Shown piece by piece: positions 34,729 through 44,643 of a stretch of 64,000 nucleotides of DNA. The notes under the pieces were generated by a model. That model ran no database searches. It saw nothing but the letters and a program-made list of their open reading frames with translations, and was not told where the DNA came from. This DNA comes from an uncultured Candidatus Saccharibacteria bacterium. Its GTDB lineage: Bacteria; Patescibacteriota; Saccharimonadia; Saccharimonadales; AWTP1-31. Location: NCBI GenBank assembly GCA_964629815.1, contig CAZVTA010000002.1, forward strand, positions 130,096 through 194,095, written 5' to 3'. The number at the start of each line of letters is the position of its first letter. Positions within the stretch are counted from its first letter, which is position 1. The position numbers were made by a program, and so were the translations under genes.

Positions 34729-35910
34729 ATGACTGAAAAAAAAGCAGGCAGTAGCACCCAAAGAAAAAGTTTGCACGTGTTGTATACAGGGGTTGTGTAT
34801 CCGAAAGTAATTACTGGTGGTGATCAGCTGTTTATCGACATTGCTCCCAGGATGCCGGAAGACATCGACATTACTATTATCGCTCCGCACTTCACGAAGG
34901 ATTACTGGAAAGGTATTAAGAAAAAGAATATAACGTATAAATTTTTGCCACCAAACCGATTTGAATTTAAGGGTAACCCGATCGCAATTTTTCTTTCTTA
35001 CTCCATTAGAGCTCGACAGGTCTATAAGATTTTAAAATCGGAAAATGTGCAAACTATATATTCGTGTTCAGATATTGCGTATGCTGATATTTGGCCAGCC
35101 TTTTTAATGAGAAGAAACAAAAGTATTAAATGGCTGAGTAGGGTGTATCATGTATTGCTTCCGCCCAAAAGTCGTCAAGGCAACCCGTTAGTCAATATGG
35201 TAGCTTTTTGTCTCCAGAGGCTTAGCTTTTGGCTAATGAAAAAACGGAGTACGACGATATTTGCACTTAATCCAAAACTACGAAAAGAGATGTTGGATCT
35301 CGGATTCCCCGCGAGAACGTTAAAGGTTCTAGGCGCAGGCATAGACTTTAAAAAGATCGATGAATTCAAACCGACAAAAAAATATCCTTACGACGTTGTA
35401 GTACTCGGGAGGATAACACCAGTAAAGGGTATTTTTGATGCGGTCAAGATTTGGGATAAAGTGCATGCCACCAACCCAAAACTAAAACTGGCCTGGATTG
35501 GGGGAGGAAGCGACAATTTTCGCAATCAATTAATTGAGCAGCTTGAAGCAAGAGGGCTAACAGACAGCTTTGAACTACTTGGCTTTATCGAAAAAAAAGA
35601 AGTGTACAACATTCTCAAAAGCGCAAAAATATTCCTGTGTCCAGACCATGAGAATGGTTGGGGTTTGGCGGTTTGTGAAGCAATGTCTGCGGGCTTACCG
35701 GTTATTTCGTACAATCTTGACATTTTCGGCAGTGTTTATAAGAAAGGATACAAGAGTGTTCCCCTGTACAACACTGAGAAATTTGGTCAAGCCATAATTG
35801 ATTTGCTTGGCGATAAAAAACGTATGAAGCAAATGAGTCGCGATGCCAGGGCGCAAGTAAAACAATTTGACCACCAAGAAGTTGTCGACACACTCGTTAA
35901 GTATATCTAG
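34729..35910 (+). CDS. Glycosyltransferase family 4
   Basis: Signature PDHENGWGLAVCEAMSAGLPVIS. Length is 393 aa. Confidence 0.75.
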   Translation: MTEKKAGSSTQRKSLHVLYTGVVYPKVITGGDQLFIDIAPRMPEDIDITIIAPHFTKDYWKGIKKKNITYKFLPPNRFEFKGNPIAIFLSYSIRARQVYKILKSENVQTIYSCSDIAYADIWPAFLMRRNKSIKWLSRVYHVLLPPKSRQGNPLVNMVAFCLQRLSFWLMKKRSTTIFALNPKLRKEMLDLGFPARTLKVLGAGIDFKKIDEFKPTKKYPYDVVVLGRITPVKGIFDAVKIWDKVHATNPKLKLAWIGGGSDNFRNQLIEQLEARGLTDSFELLGFIEKKEVYNILKSAKIFLCPDHENGWGLAVCEAMSAGLPVISYNLDIFGSVYKKGYKSVPLYNTEKFGQAIIDLLGDKKRMKQMSRDARAQVKQFDHQEVVDTLVKYI

Positions 35911-35944
35911 GCAGAAACTCAGAATTACTGTTGTGGTGTGTTAT

Positions 35945-37195
35945 CTAACTGCTACGAGTAACCTTTGTGTTGCATACTCGAGCAAAGCCATACAGACCAA
36001 ATAAAAGCACCACGAACGAAATGACGGTTAGGCCTTGCACTAGTTCGGCTGATGTTGTCCTGGTGCTGTACAGTAATGTGAATACCCCGAGTGATAACGA
36101 AGCAATGGCAGAAAGTGTGATCGCCCAGCGGTTTCGTATGACGATAAAGAACATAACTAAAGTTGTAATGACAAGAAAGTTGAACTTGTAAAGAATAGCA
36201 AGAATTGCGAGTGTCTTAACGTCATTCCATACTTGATATTGACCGCCAAAAAGCAGGTGTGTTATTTGTTGGCCAAAGAGCTGCATCGCAGACAAAGAAC
36301 AAATAGTAATCGCCACAAATACGCTACAGATACGCAGTAGTAGACCTAAATTCTTTCTAAGATTGTATATATCGATGTTTGAGAGAAAAGGCCAAAGGAA
36401 TAACATTCCTCCAAAATAAACAATTCTACTTACTACATACATATCAGCATATACCTTGGCATCTTGCGGGCGCCCGCTAATGAGGAGCAGGTCGAGAATT
36501 AACAATATATTAATGGCTAGAACTGAAATTGAAGCAAAGACGACGTACTTGAGTAACGAGCGTAGTTCTTTTGTTCTATAAATACTAAGGCGATGAATAA
36601 AAACAGAAGCTATATTCGGTAGATCATCAGCGCGGTACGCTGTGTATATGTAGGTAAGCGATAGGATCGTACCCAATGACATTGCATAGAGTGTTAATGC
36701 ACCATTTTTTGTTAATACACCTACCAATACGCAACAAATCAGTTGTAATAGTGAAGTTATAACAAGCGATATTCCTAGTTTCGCCAGCTTTCCTTTGCCA
36801 TTTAGATAGCCTGAGACGACGGACATGATGATTGACAATACTAACATTAGTATAATGGGCATGAGCAGTGATGGAGACAGAGATATTTTGTTAAATATCA
36901 CGGGCGAAAACAGTAAAAAAATAATCAGAAGGGCCAGGAACAAATGCGTGATAACAGCTTGAAGTTTTTCTATGGTGGTTTTTGCATCTTTACTATCTTT
37001 TTGTTTTGATAAGCCAATCGTAATTGCCACTATAGATAGAGTAAATGAAGAAAGCTGAGTAAATATAGCTAAAGCAACGGTTATTGATACGAATTGCTCA
37101 TTGCTTAGAATTCGGGCCAGCGCAGGGTATAGGGCGTAGTTAAAGAAGGATGCGATACCACTTAGGATGATGAAGAGGAAAGTCTTTTTCTGCAT
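35945..37195 (-). CDS. Polysaccharide flippase-like polytopic membrane protein (Wzx/MOP-type)
   Basis: 416 aa, almost entirely TM helices (about 12). It sits in a glycan locus. No catalytic motif is seen. Confidence 0.55.
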   Translation of the reverse strand: MQKKTFLFIILSGIASFFNYALYPALARILSNEQFVSITVALAIFTQLSSFTLSIVAITIGLSKQKDSKDAKTTIEKLQAVITHLFLALLIIFLLFSPVIFNKISLSPSLLMPIILMLVLSIIMSVVSGYLNGKGKLAKLGISLVITSLLQLICCVLVGVLTKNGALTLYAMSLGTILSLTYIYTAYRADDLPNIASVFIHRLSIYRTKELRSLLKYVVFASISVLAINILLILDLLLISGRPQDAKVYADMYVVSRIVYFGGMLFLWPFLSNIDIYNLRKNLGLLLRICSVFVAITICSLSAMQLFGQQITHLLFGGQYQVWNDVKTLAILAILYKFNFLVITTLVMFFIVIRNRWAITLSAIASLSLGVFTLLYSTRTTSAELVQGLTVISFVVLLFGLYGFARVCNTKVTRSS

Positions 37196-37300
37196 GTGCT
37201 ACGATGTTGGTTTAGTAAGAATTCTATAGCTGTTATACTGTCTACATAATCAATACTTAGTACTATTATAGCTTATGGCTAGGTAAAGCACGGAGTAACT

Positions 37301-38389
37301 TTGAATAAAAACCGTACCAGCACACAAAGCGTAACCAGACAGTCGATAATCGAAGAGGGGTTATCTGTTGTGATCCCAACATACAATGGTTCTTCTTGGT
37401 TGCCAGAAACTGTTAAGCATATTGAAAGAGCCCTAGCAAAGGCATCGGTTCGTCGGTGTGAGATAGTAGTAGTTAACGATGGTTCGACAGACGATACCAC
37501 TGATGTTGTAGAAAAACTAATTAATTCTTCGAGATATCCCGTTAGGCTTGTAAATCAAAACAATAGTGGACGATTTATCGCAAGAGAGACTGGTACAAAC
37601 GAAGCTAAGTTTCCTAATTTACTGTTTGTTGATACTCGGGTTTATATTGGCGAAGATTCGTTAAACTACGTTGTAGGTCAACAACAGAAGGATGATACGC
37701 GGCGGGTGTGGTGTAGTCATGTCCGTGTTGATAAAAAGGGAAACATATACGCAAGATTTTGGGAAACAGTAGCATTTGTAGCATGGCGAAAATATTTCAA
37801 AAACCCTAAAGACACATCATATGGTATAGAACATTTTGACGACTACCCAAAAGGCACTACCTGTTTTTTTATAACTAAGTCAATTTTGCACGAAGCTAAC
37901 GCTTGGTTCAAGAAGAACACCAAAGATTTAAAGACATCTAACGACGATACTTTACTACTTCGTCATATTGCCCGCAAAAACTCAATCAATATTAGTCCAG
38001 ATTTCTGGTGTTTATACCATGCAAGATCAACTTTAAAACAGTATTCAAAACATGTTATTCATCGAGGTAAGGTTTTTGTAGATGGTTTTTTGCGCAACGA
38101 CGGAAATCGTTTTTTTATTCCCCTTATACTATTCCTTGCATTGTCGCTAGTGGCGGTTATTGTCATGGTCCTAAGACCAGAAATAATTCTGCCATTGTTG
38201 GTAATTGGGGCAATCGGCTGGCTACTAGAGCTAGCAATAATGCTACTACTGGGCGTTCCGTATGAAGACGCTTTGGCTACCTTTGTACTTTCTCCAATAT
38301 TTGCGTTGTGCTATGGAGCGGGCATTTGGTTCGCATTTACAAGAATATACGTCATTGAAAGGATCAGGTTGTTACTCAAATATGCTTAG
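37301..38389 (+). CDS. GT2 glycosyltransferase with C-terminal TM helices
   Basis: TTG start. Motifs are VVIPTYNGSSWL, VVNDGSTDDT and LLFVDTR, followed by C-terminal hydrophobic helices. Confidence 0.7.
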   Translation: MNKNRTSTQSVTRQSIIEEGLSVVIPTYNGSSWLPETVKHIERALAKASVRRCEIVVVNDGSTDDTTDVVEKLINSSRYPVRLVNQNNSGRFIARETGTNEAKFPNLLFVDTRVYIGEDSLNYVVGQQQKDDTRRVWCSHVRVDKKGNIYARFWETVAFVAWRKYFKNPKDTSYGIEHFDDYPKGTTCFFITKSILHEANAWFKKNTKDLKTSNDDTLLLRHIARKNSINISPDFWCLYHARSTLKQYSKHVIHRGKVFVDGFLRNDGNRFFIPLILFLALSLVAVIVMVLRPEIILPLLVIGAIGWLLELAIMLLLGVPYEDALATFVLSPIFALCYGAGIWFAFTRIYVIERIRLLLKYA

Positions 38390-40571
38390 AAACATAAATG
38401 ACTTGATTAAACTGGGAACTAGTTATGCTGGTTCAATCTTGCGAGGTGCCAGAAAGAGATTACCAGACGGTTTTTTGCGTCTGCTTATGGCGATACTTGT
38501 CTATCTTTGTATCGCGGTGTATTACCTAGGCCCGAGCGTTACAAGGTGTACGTCCGTTACTTACGGCTTTGGTGATAATACTGCAGGACCAATATGGCAA
38601 TTTGAGTCGTTTCCAAATAATCCTATTGGAGGATTTATAACTCAAACAAATTACCCTGTTGGGGAGAATATTAGTAATCCTGTGAGTTACAGTTTTATTT
38701 TGCAGAAGACTTTCATTTGGGGTGCCCAGAAAATCGCTGGTCCTATATGTGGTTATAACTTAGTGAACTTGGTGGGGTTTGTGTTTTCTGCAACCGCTAT
38801 GTTTTGCTTTGTGTACTGGTTGACGCGAAATAAGTGGATAGCGCTGTTCGCTGGTTATGTAGTGTCATTCGCTCCGTATTTTCAGTTTAAAGTTGGTGGC
38901 CATCCGAGTTACGGCTATCAAGGCCTATTGATCTTAAGTGTGTGGATGTTCCTTCGAACATATATTGAGAAGAGAAAAAGTTCTATGATAGCTTTTGTCT
39001 TTATTACGGCGGCTTGTTTCTATTGGGATCCATACTTTTCATTATTAGTTTTTACTGCGCTAGCACCCGTAGTCCTGGTTGCGTGTTTTACGGGTGTGTA
39101 TAAAAACCGTTCACGTAATTTCAGTCAAATTATTAATAGTTTGCGACCAGTCATACTGGGCTGTTTAGGGGTGATAGTTTTACTCATACCGCTAGTTTCT
39201 GTAAATGTTAAGTACAAGGATGCCATTGCTTCATATGCAACCGGTGCAAGAGGAAACCTTATGGAGGCTGCAAATAAGTGTGGCAATTTGCCTACTGATT
39301 ATTTCATCCCACCAGACGCAAATTATTTCTTTAGTATAATCTTGGGACCAAAATATGGCGAAAAGGTTCAGATCCTAAGGCACGGATGCAACACGAGCGA
39401 ACAGAATGTCGCTATTGGTTATGCGATTATGCTTGTTGTCTTGTTCGGTGGAACGGTGTTTGCATGGGAAGTTTTAAATAAAAGAAAGAATCCTATTTCG
39501 GGACTGATTGCAGGAAAATTCGAAGTATGGTCAGGATTAATACTAATGGCTATTTTTTCAGCCATCCTTGCATTGCCACCGAGTATTGGACCGATAAAAA
39601 CACCAACGTATTTACTCTTAAGCAATGTTCAAATTTGGCGAATACTTTCGAGAGAGTTTATTGTATTTCAAATCGCAATAGTCGGAATCTTCTCGCTTCT
39701 TTTACTTTATTTTTCTAAGTCAGGTATTCTAATAAAACGAAAGATCTTGAAGATAATACTATTTATCTTGTTGGTGTTGGCAACTGCTGCTCAGTACCAA
39801 ACAGCAAAACCATTTTCTGGGTCAACTGCAACATTTGACTACAGCAAAAATACACCAGAAATATACTCCTGGATTGCGGTACAAGATGATATTCGCGTTA
39901 TTGCTGATTACCCGCTTGATAAGGTTGGCGAAAGCGAAGCATCCTCATACTACCTTACGGCTCAAACTACCCATAAAAAGAGTTTGCTTAATAGTTCCTT
40001 ACCTAATAGTCCTCAAGAGACTAGGAGATTTTCGATAAAAGACATATCAGACCCACAAACACTCCCGGTGCTTCGTGCTCTAGGCGTCGATACTTTGATA
40101 GTACATGGTATTTCTAAGCAGGAACTATTGAAAATAAACGACATTGAAATTCTTCGTTATGAAGATATCGTTGACAAGTTTAATGGCGGGGCGTTGGCGG
40201 TCGCGAGAATTAAACCGGGTGAAGTTGCCGATTCGGTTGTTGTTTTAGAAAAGGGATTTCCTATAAATGGAGGGATCATGAAGAATGCTATAAACATTGA
40301 GTACGAAGTTATTAATAATGCAGAGTTGTCTACGCAGAAATTAGATAAAACCAAAGGTGGATTACGAGATGTCTGCTTCGAAGCGAAGATGGCAGACGAA
40401 AAAGATACTGACACATTACAGATAATTGATGACAAGGGTAATATATTAAAGCGTCAGACACTAAGTGGTCAATATAGTGCAATCTATTTTAAAGCAAATT
40501 ATGGCCAGAAAATCAGATTATCAAATATTACTGGACACAATATGCGCATTAATAATCTTGGATGCATGTAA
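38382..40571 (+). CDS. Large polytopic membrane protein, candidate GT-C-type (YfhO/GtrC-like) polyprenol-sugar-dependent glycosyltransferase
   Basis: The ATG at 38382 overlaps the upstream stop (ATGCTTAG); the track start at 38262 lies inside the previous gene. There are about 12 TM helices and a C-terminal soluble domain of about 230 aa. The GT-C call is by architecture only. Confidence 0.4.
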   Translation: MLRNINDLIKLGTSYAGSILRGARKRLPDGFLRLLMAILVYLCIAVYYLGPSVTRCTSVTYGFGDNTAGPIWQFESFPNNPIGGFITQTNYPVGENISNPVSYSFILQKTFIWGAQKIAGPICGYNLVNLVGFVFSATAMFCFVYWLTRNKWIALFAGYVVSFAPYFQFKVGGHPSYGYQGLLILSVWMFLRTYIEKRKSSMIAFVFITAACFYWDPYFSLLVFTALAPVVLVACFTGVYKNRSRNFSQIINSLRPVILGCLGVIVLLIPLVSVNVKYKDAIASYATGARGNLMEAANKCGNLPTDYFIPPDANYFFSIILGPKYGEKVQILRHGCNTSEQNVAIGYAIMLVVLFGGTVFAWEVLNKRKNPISGLIAGKFEVWSGLILMAIFSAILALPPSIGPIKTPTYLLLSNVQIWRILSREFIVFQIAIVGIFSLLLLYFSKSGILIKRKILKIILFILLVLATAAQYQTAKPFSGSTATFDYSKNTPEIYSWIAVQDDIRVIADYPLDKVGESEASSYYLTAQTTHKKSLLNSSLPNSPQETRRFSIKDISDPQTLPVLRALGVDTLIVHGISKQELLKINDIEILRYEDIVDKFNGGALAVARIKPGEVADSVVVLEKGFPINGGIMKNAINIEYEVINNAELSTQKLDKTKGGLRDVCFEAKMADEKDTDTLQIIDDKGNILKRQTLSGQYSAIYFKANYGQKIRLSNITGHNMRINNLGCM

Positions 40572-40598
40572 TTTCGGTGTTTGCTAGACCGATAGGTT

Positions 40599-42671
40599 TT
40601 ATAGAACCCTTGAGTTAAAGTTTAAACCAATATCCTGCATCCATGCCTTACCTTCAACTAGCAAACTAAAATACTCAAGGTAGTTACCTGGGGTAGAGGG
40701 CGCTTTATAGTTAAATTCGAATGTTGCAATCTGTCCTGGAGCAACAGATGTTTCTTTCATGTTTGCCGGCCGATTTTGTCCAAGCCAGGAATTTTCAAAG
40801 AAGGGACTAATTCGGCTCGTTGGTCTTGAAGTGCCAACTCTAACAGGGTTCGAGCCTGAGTTGTACCACGTGACATTGCCAGTGTTTCTAACCGTAAAAC
40901 CAACAAGATATGTTGTGCCACGAACCAGATTATTCAAACCGATCAATGTGGTTTTGGCTGGATCAGAAAAGGCATATTGTGAAGTAAGCTCGTATGAGTA
41001 ATTTGGTGTCTTGATTGTGCCGTAATAATTTAATCCAATGTCTTGCATCCAGGTTGCACCTTCAACAACAGGGTTGAAGTATTCATAAAATGGACCAGGT
41101 CGATCAGGTATATTCATCCAAAACTCGAATGTTGCAACTTGCCCAGGAGCAACAGACGCTTCTTTCATCTTGGCTGGCCGGTTTTGTCCAAGCCAACTGC
41201 TGTCAAAGAAATAACTGAACCTGTCATATGGTCGAGATATTCCAAGATGAACAGGGTTTGAGCCTGAGTTGTACCACGTGACATTGCCCGTGTTTCGCAT
41301 TCTAAGATTGACATGTAATCGTTCCCCAGGCTCTAGGTTTATTAACGAGCGACCCTGAGTAAAGGCTTCGTCACTGGCGGCATACTGCGAGACTAGGTCC
41401 CAAGTGTAGGTTGGCTTAAGTACATTGAAGTTATAAAGCAGACCAATATCCGGGAACCAAGAGTTACCCTCACTCACTAGACTAAAATATTCACTGTTAC
41501 TACCGATTAAACTCTGAGGAGCCTTAATCCAAAAATTAAATGTTGCAACTTGCCCAGGAGCAACGCTAGATTCGTTCATTCTTGCTGCTCGACTTGGGCT
41601 CAACCATGTTGTATCAGCGAATGAACTATTTCTACCAAAAGAGCGAGCGGTGCCAATATTAATGGGATTGGCACCGCTATTGGACCATGTAAAGTTGCCG
41701 GTATTTCTGACTGTTAAAGTCAGGTATGCTCTGTCGCCGGGAAAAAGACTGCCTAGATTTTTTGCTGACGACTTTGTTGCATCAGTATAAGCTGCCTGAC
41801 CTTCTACACGCCAAGAGAATGTTGGTGCGGTTGTAGTTCCAAACCATTCATTAAATAAACGCCAGAAATTTCGGTTACCGTAAGCACTACAGCCATCGCC
41901 GGTGCCGTAGAGGTTGTTCAGGGCAGCTGAGTTAGGTTGATATGGGGTGTAGTTATAGAGCGCAGCGGTGGCGGAGTTTTCTAGGTAGACATTACTTCCC
42001 CCACAGCCAGCGTTGGGGTTGTATTGTATATAACCTGTCTTACCACCGGCGAAGTTAAAATAATTCGATTGCTTAACGTATCGCTGGAACTGACGCGCGG
42101 CATTATAGACTTGATTAAAGAAGCCGTAATATTCAGCGTCGCAAGCCGCCGTATCGGGGCAACCGTAGCCGGTTGCAGCACGGTATTGAATACTCCAGGG
42201 CCAATCGTCGGTTATCAGGCTTTGTTCTTTTTGTAACAAGACGAGCAGAGCTTTTTGACTTACGTTACAGGCACGAGAGACATCGTAAATGATTTGAGCT
42301 GCTGTTTTGACGCCCCCAAAGTAGGTATTGGCGCAGTAGCTGTCGGCCCCTTTGGTTGGAGTGCTTTCGACGTAGTCTTTTACACAAGTATAAGGTGGTG
42401 GGTAGCCGTTTGACGTTCCATATTGTGCACGAGTAACACCTCCACGCATCTGAGTACCATTGGTGTCACACACCGGAACCTTAGCATTTAAGAAATTTTG
42501 TATTTCTTGGGCGCTCATAGCATTGCCGTCATAAAAGACGCTATCGTCAATTATTCGACCAGCCTGAAATTCGTTACCAGAAAGAGCCAGTGCCGTATTG
42601 CTTGTTGAGCCCATGAATATGATAGCTACAATGATGCCGAGGAGTAGCGGTAGTTTATTGAATCTTCGCAT
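40599..42671 (-). CDS. Secreted cell-surface protein: Cys-rich N-terminal domain plus three ~136-aa tandem Ig-like repeats
   Basis: The signal peptide ends ...SNTALA. The N-domain of about 250 aa has many Cys and a LLVLLQKEQSLI motif. Three repeats share RNTGN(F/V)TW(S/Y)NSG(A/S)NP...SVAPGQ(V/I)ATF(N/E)F...EYF(S/N)...EG..W(F/M).DIGL, an NBR1-like Ig pattern. Confidence 0.6.
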   Translation of the reverse strand: MRRFNKLPLLLGIIVAIIFMGSTSNTALALSGNEFQAGRIIDDSVFYDGNAMSAQEIQNFLNAKVPVCDTNGTQMRGGVTRAQYGTSNGYPPPYTCVKDYVESTPTKGADSYCANTYFGGVKTAAQIIYDVSRACNVSQKALLVLLQKEQSLITDDWPWSIQYRAATGYGCPDTAACDAEYYGFFNQVYNAARQFQRYVKQSNYFNFAGGKTGYIQYNPNAGCGGSNVYLENSATAALYNYTPYQPNSAALNNLYGTGDGCSAYGNRNFWRLFNEWFGTTTAPTFSWRVEGQAAYTDATKSSAKNLGSLFPGDRAYLTLTVRNTGNFTWSNSGANPINIGTARSFGRNSSFADTTWLSPSRAARMNESSVAPGQVATFNFWIKAPQSLIGSNSEYFSLVSEGNSWFPDIGLLYNFNVLKPTYTWDLVSQYAASDEAFTQGRSLINLEPGERLHVNLRMRNTGNVTWYNSGSNPVHLGISRPYDRFSYFFDSSWLGQNRPAKMKEASVAPGQVATFEFWMNIPDRPGPFYEYFNPVVEGATWMQDIGLNYYGTIKTPNYSYELTSQYAFSDPAKTTLIGLNNLVRGTTYLVGFTVRNTGNVTWYNSGSNPVRVGTSRPTSRISPFFENSWLGQNRPANMKETSVAPGQIATFEFNYKAPSTPGNYLEYFSLLVEGKAWMQDIGLNFNSRVL

Positions 42672-42672
42672 G

Positions 42673-43206
42673 CTAGTTAACCTCGACCGTCTGACTGGCT
42701 GATGTGCCTTCGGCGGTTGCCGAACTGTAATTTAGTGTTACTGTCCATGTTCCAGGGCTCAAAAAATTATCAGAAAAGTTTATTGGAGCACACTGCGTAT
42801 ACGATACATTTTGAAAACCAGCAGATGTACGAGATAGGCTTGTTCCATCTTTAGTGAAGGTAGCCGTGCAAGTGCCACCCTCCTCAAAAATACCTGCAAC
42901 GCTGCCCTTAACACTACCACTGGTGCTGGTGATCGTGGGGGTTACAGACTTTTTAGAACCTGAAGAGTTTGAAGAAGTTGGAGTTTGTTTTTGCTCTTCT
43001 ACAATACGGTCTTTATTATCTTCGGCCTGTTTCTTTTCTGGTTCGGTTGCGGGGGCATAGTTGATAGTCGCTGTGCGCTCTGTTGGTGCTTGGTCTTGGT
43101 TGGCACGACTCTTAAGCCATACGGCACTCGAACCGCCGGTAACTGCAAGAACTACTACCGCTAGGGCAATTACACGCGTTCGTTTAGATAATCGTGATGT
43201 AACCAT
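42673..43206 (-). CDS. Hypothetical membrane-anchored secreted protein
   Basis: The likely start is the ATG at 43206 (MVTSRLSKRTRVIALAVVVLAVTGG...). A low-complexity linker is followed by a beta-rich domain of about 90 aa containing two Cys. Confidence 0.45.
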   Translation of the reverse strand: MVTSRLSKRTRVIALAVVVLAVTGGSSAVWLKSRANQDQAPTERTATINYAPATEPEKKQAEDNKDRIVEEQKQTPTSSNSSGSKKSVTPTITSTSGSVKGSVAGIFEEGGTCTATFTKDGTSLSRTSAGFQNVSYTQCAPINFSDNFLSPGTWTVTLNYSSATAEGTSASQTVEVN

Positions 43207-43320
43207 TTTGTTTTGTGATTTTTGTTTAGTACTGTACACATATAACAATAGCATAAGTAGTTTACTTAGACAACATAATCTTAAGAAAAGCGAGCCGTAA
43301 TGCGGTATACTTGATTGGAT

Positions 43321-44643
43321 ATGAAAATTGCAGTAATTGGAACAGGTTATGTTGGGTTGGTCAGTGGTACGTGTTTGGCCGAAATTGGCAATAATGTTAT
43401 TTGTATTGATAACAATGAAGAAAAAGTTCGAGCCTTAACCAACGGGCAGATACCTATATATGAACCCGGCTTAGAAAATCTAGTACACCGTAATGTTAAA
43501 GAGGGCCGGTTAACCTTTTCGACCGATTTGCACGCTGTCAAAGAAGCCCAGGTTATTTTCCTGGCATTGCCGACGCCACCTGGCGAAGACGGCTCGGCAG
43601 ACTTGAGTTATGTATTGGGTGTAGCAAAAGATCTTGGTCCGATTTTAGAACATGACGGTGTAGTGATTGTGAATAAAAGCACTGTTCCGGTTGGAACTGC
43701 TCAAAAAGTGCAAAAGGCAGTGCAAGCAAAGACTAAGCGCAAGTTTGAAGTGGTTTCTAACCCCGAATTTTTGCGTGAAGGGCAGGCGGTGAATGATTTT
43801 TTGTCGCCAGACCGAATTGTTGTCGGGGCTGAGTCAGCGGAAGCGGCCGAGGTTATGCGACAAGTTTATCTGCCATTGGTCCGTGAAGCACCCGATCGCT
43901 TTATGGCCACCAATACTGCATCGGCAGAGACTATTAAATATGCTGCAAATGGATTTTTGGCTACTAAAATTAGCTTTATTAACGCCCTTACCGCCTTTTG
44001 CGAAGCAACCGGAGCCGACATTGAAGCGGTGCGACTCGGTATGGGTACCGATACCCGAATTGGTTCGCAATTTTTATATCCTGGGCCAGGCTATGGAGGA
44101 AGCTGTTTTCCAAAAGATACACTTGCCTTAGAGAATATGGCTAAAGAGTACGATGTAGAACTCCATATTGTAAATGCGACGGTGCAAACAAACGAAGAAC
44201 AAAAAAAGCGTTTACCCCAAAAGGTACTTGATTATTACAAAGGTAATGTACAAGGGAAGACATTTGCCTTACTCGGTTTAGCATTTAAGGATGACACCGA
44301 TGATATTCGTGAATCACCAGCGCTCGTAGTCATCGATACTCTGACTGCAAAGGGTGCCCGAATTGTTGCATTTGATCCGCAGGCAATGGATAACGTGCGG
44401 CGTTTGTACAAAGATAATGATTTGTTAAGTTTTGCCGAAGATGAGTATGCGGTATTGAAGGGTGTCGATGCGGTGATTGTAGTAACAAATTGGAAAGAAT
44501 TTTCTTCGCCCGACTGGGCTCGAGTTAGATCTCTTGTAAAGGAACCACTCATGTTTGACGGGCGTAATTTGTATGATCTGCAATCAATGCAAAAAGCCGG
44601 ATTCCATTATGAATCTATGGGTCGGAGAACTGTTGAGCGATAA
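43321..44643 (+). CDS. ugd: UDP-glucose 6-dehydrogenase
   Basis: MKIAVIGTGYVGLVSG forms the Rossmann motif, the catalytic Cys context is GGSCFPKD, and length is 440 aa. Confidence 0.9.
   Translation: MKIAVIGTGYVGLVSGTCLAEIGNNVICIDNNEEKVRALTNGQIPIYEPGLENLVHRNVKEGRLTFSTDLHAVKEAQVIFLALPTPPGEDGSADLSYVLGVAKDLGPILEHDGVVIVNKSTVPVGTAQKVQKAVQAKTKRKFEVVSNPEFLREGQAVNDFLSPDRIVVGAESAEAAEVMRQVYLPLVREAPDRFMATNTASAETIKYAANGFLATKISFINALTAFCEATGADIEAVRLGMGTDTRIGSQFLYPGPGYGGSCFPKDTLALENMAKEYDVELHIVNATVQTNEEQKKRLPQKVLDYYKGNVQGKTFALLGLAFKDDTDDIRESPALVVIDTLTAKGARIVAFDPQAMDNVRRLYKDNDLLSFAEDEYAVLKGVDAVIVVTNWKEFSSPDWARVRSLVKEPLMFDGRNLYDLQSMQKAGFHYESMGRRTVER

Noticed and set aside
38262-38381. Upstream extension of the 769-aa ORF (track start 38262)
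   Set aside because: It lies entirely inside the preceding GT2 gene in another frame. The ATG at 38382 gives a standard overlapping stop/start junction.
40599-42100. Periodic ~410-nt DNA repeats considered as a possible CRISPR or satellite array
   Set aside because: The period is far too long for CRISPR and no short repeat-spacer structure exists. The repeats lie in frame within one long ORF and encode a repeated protein domain.
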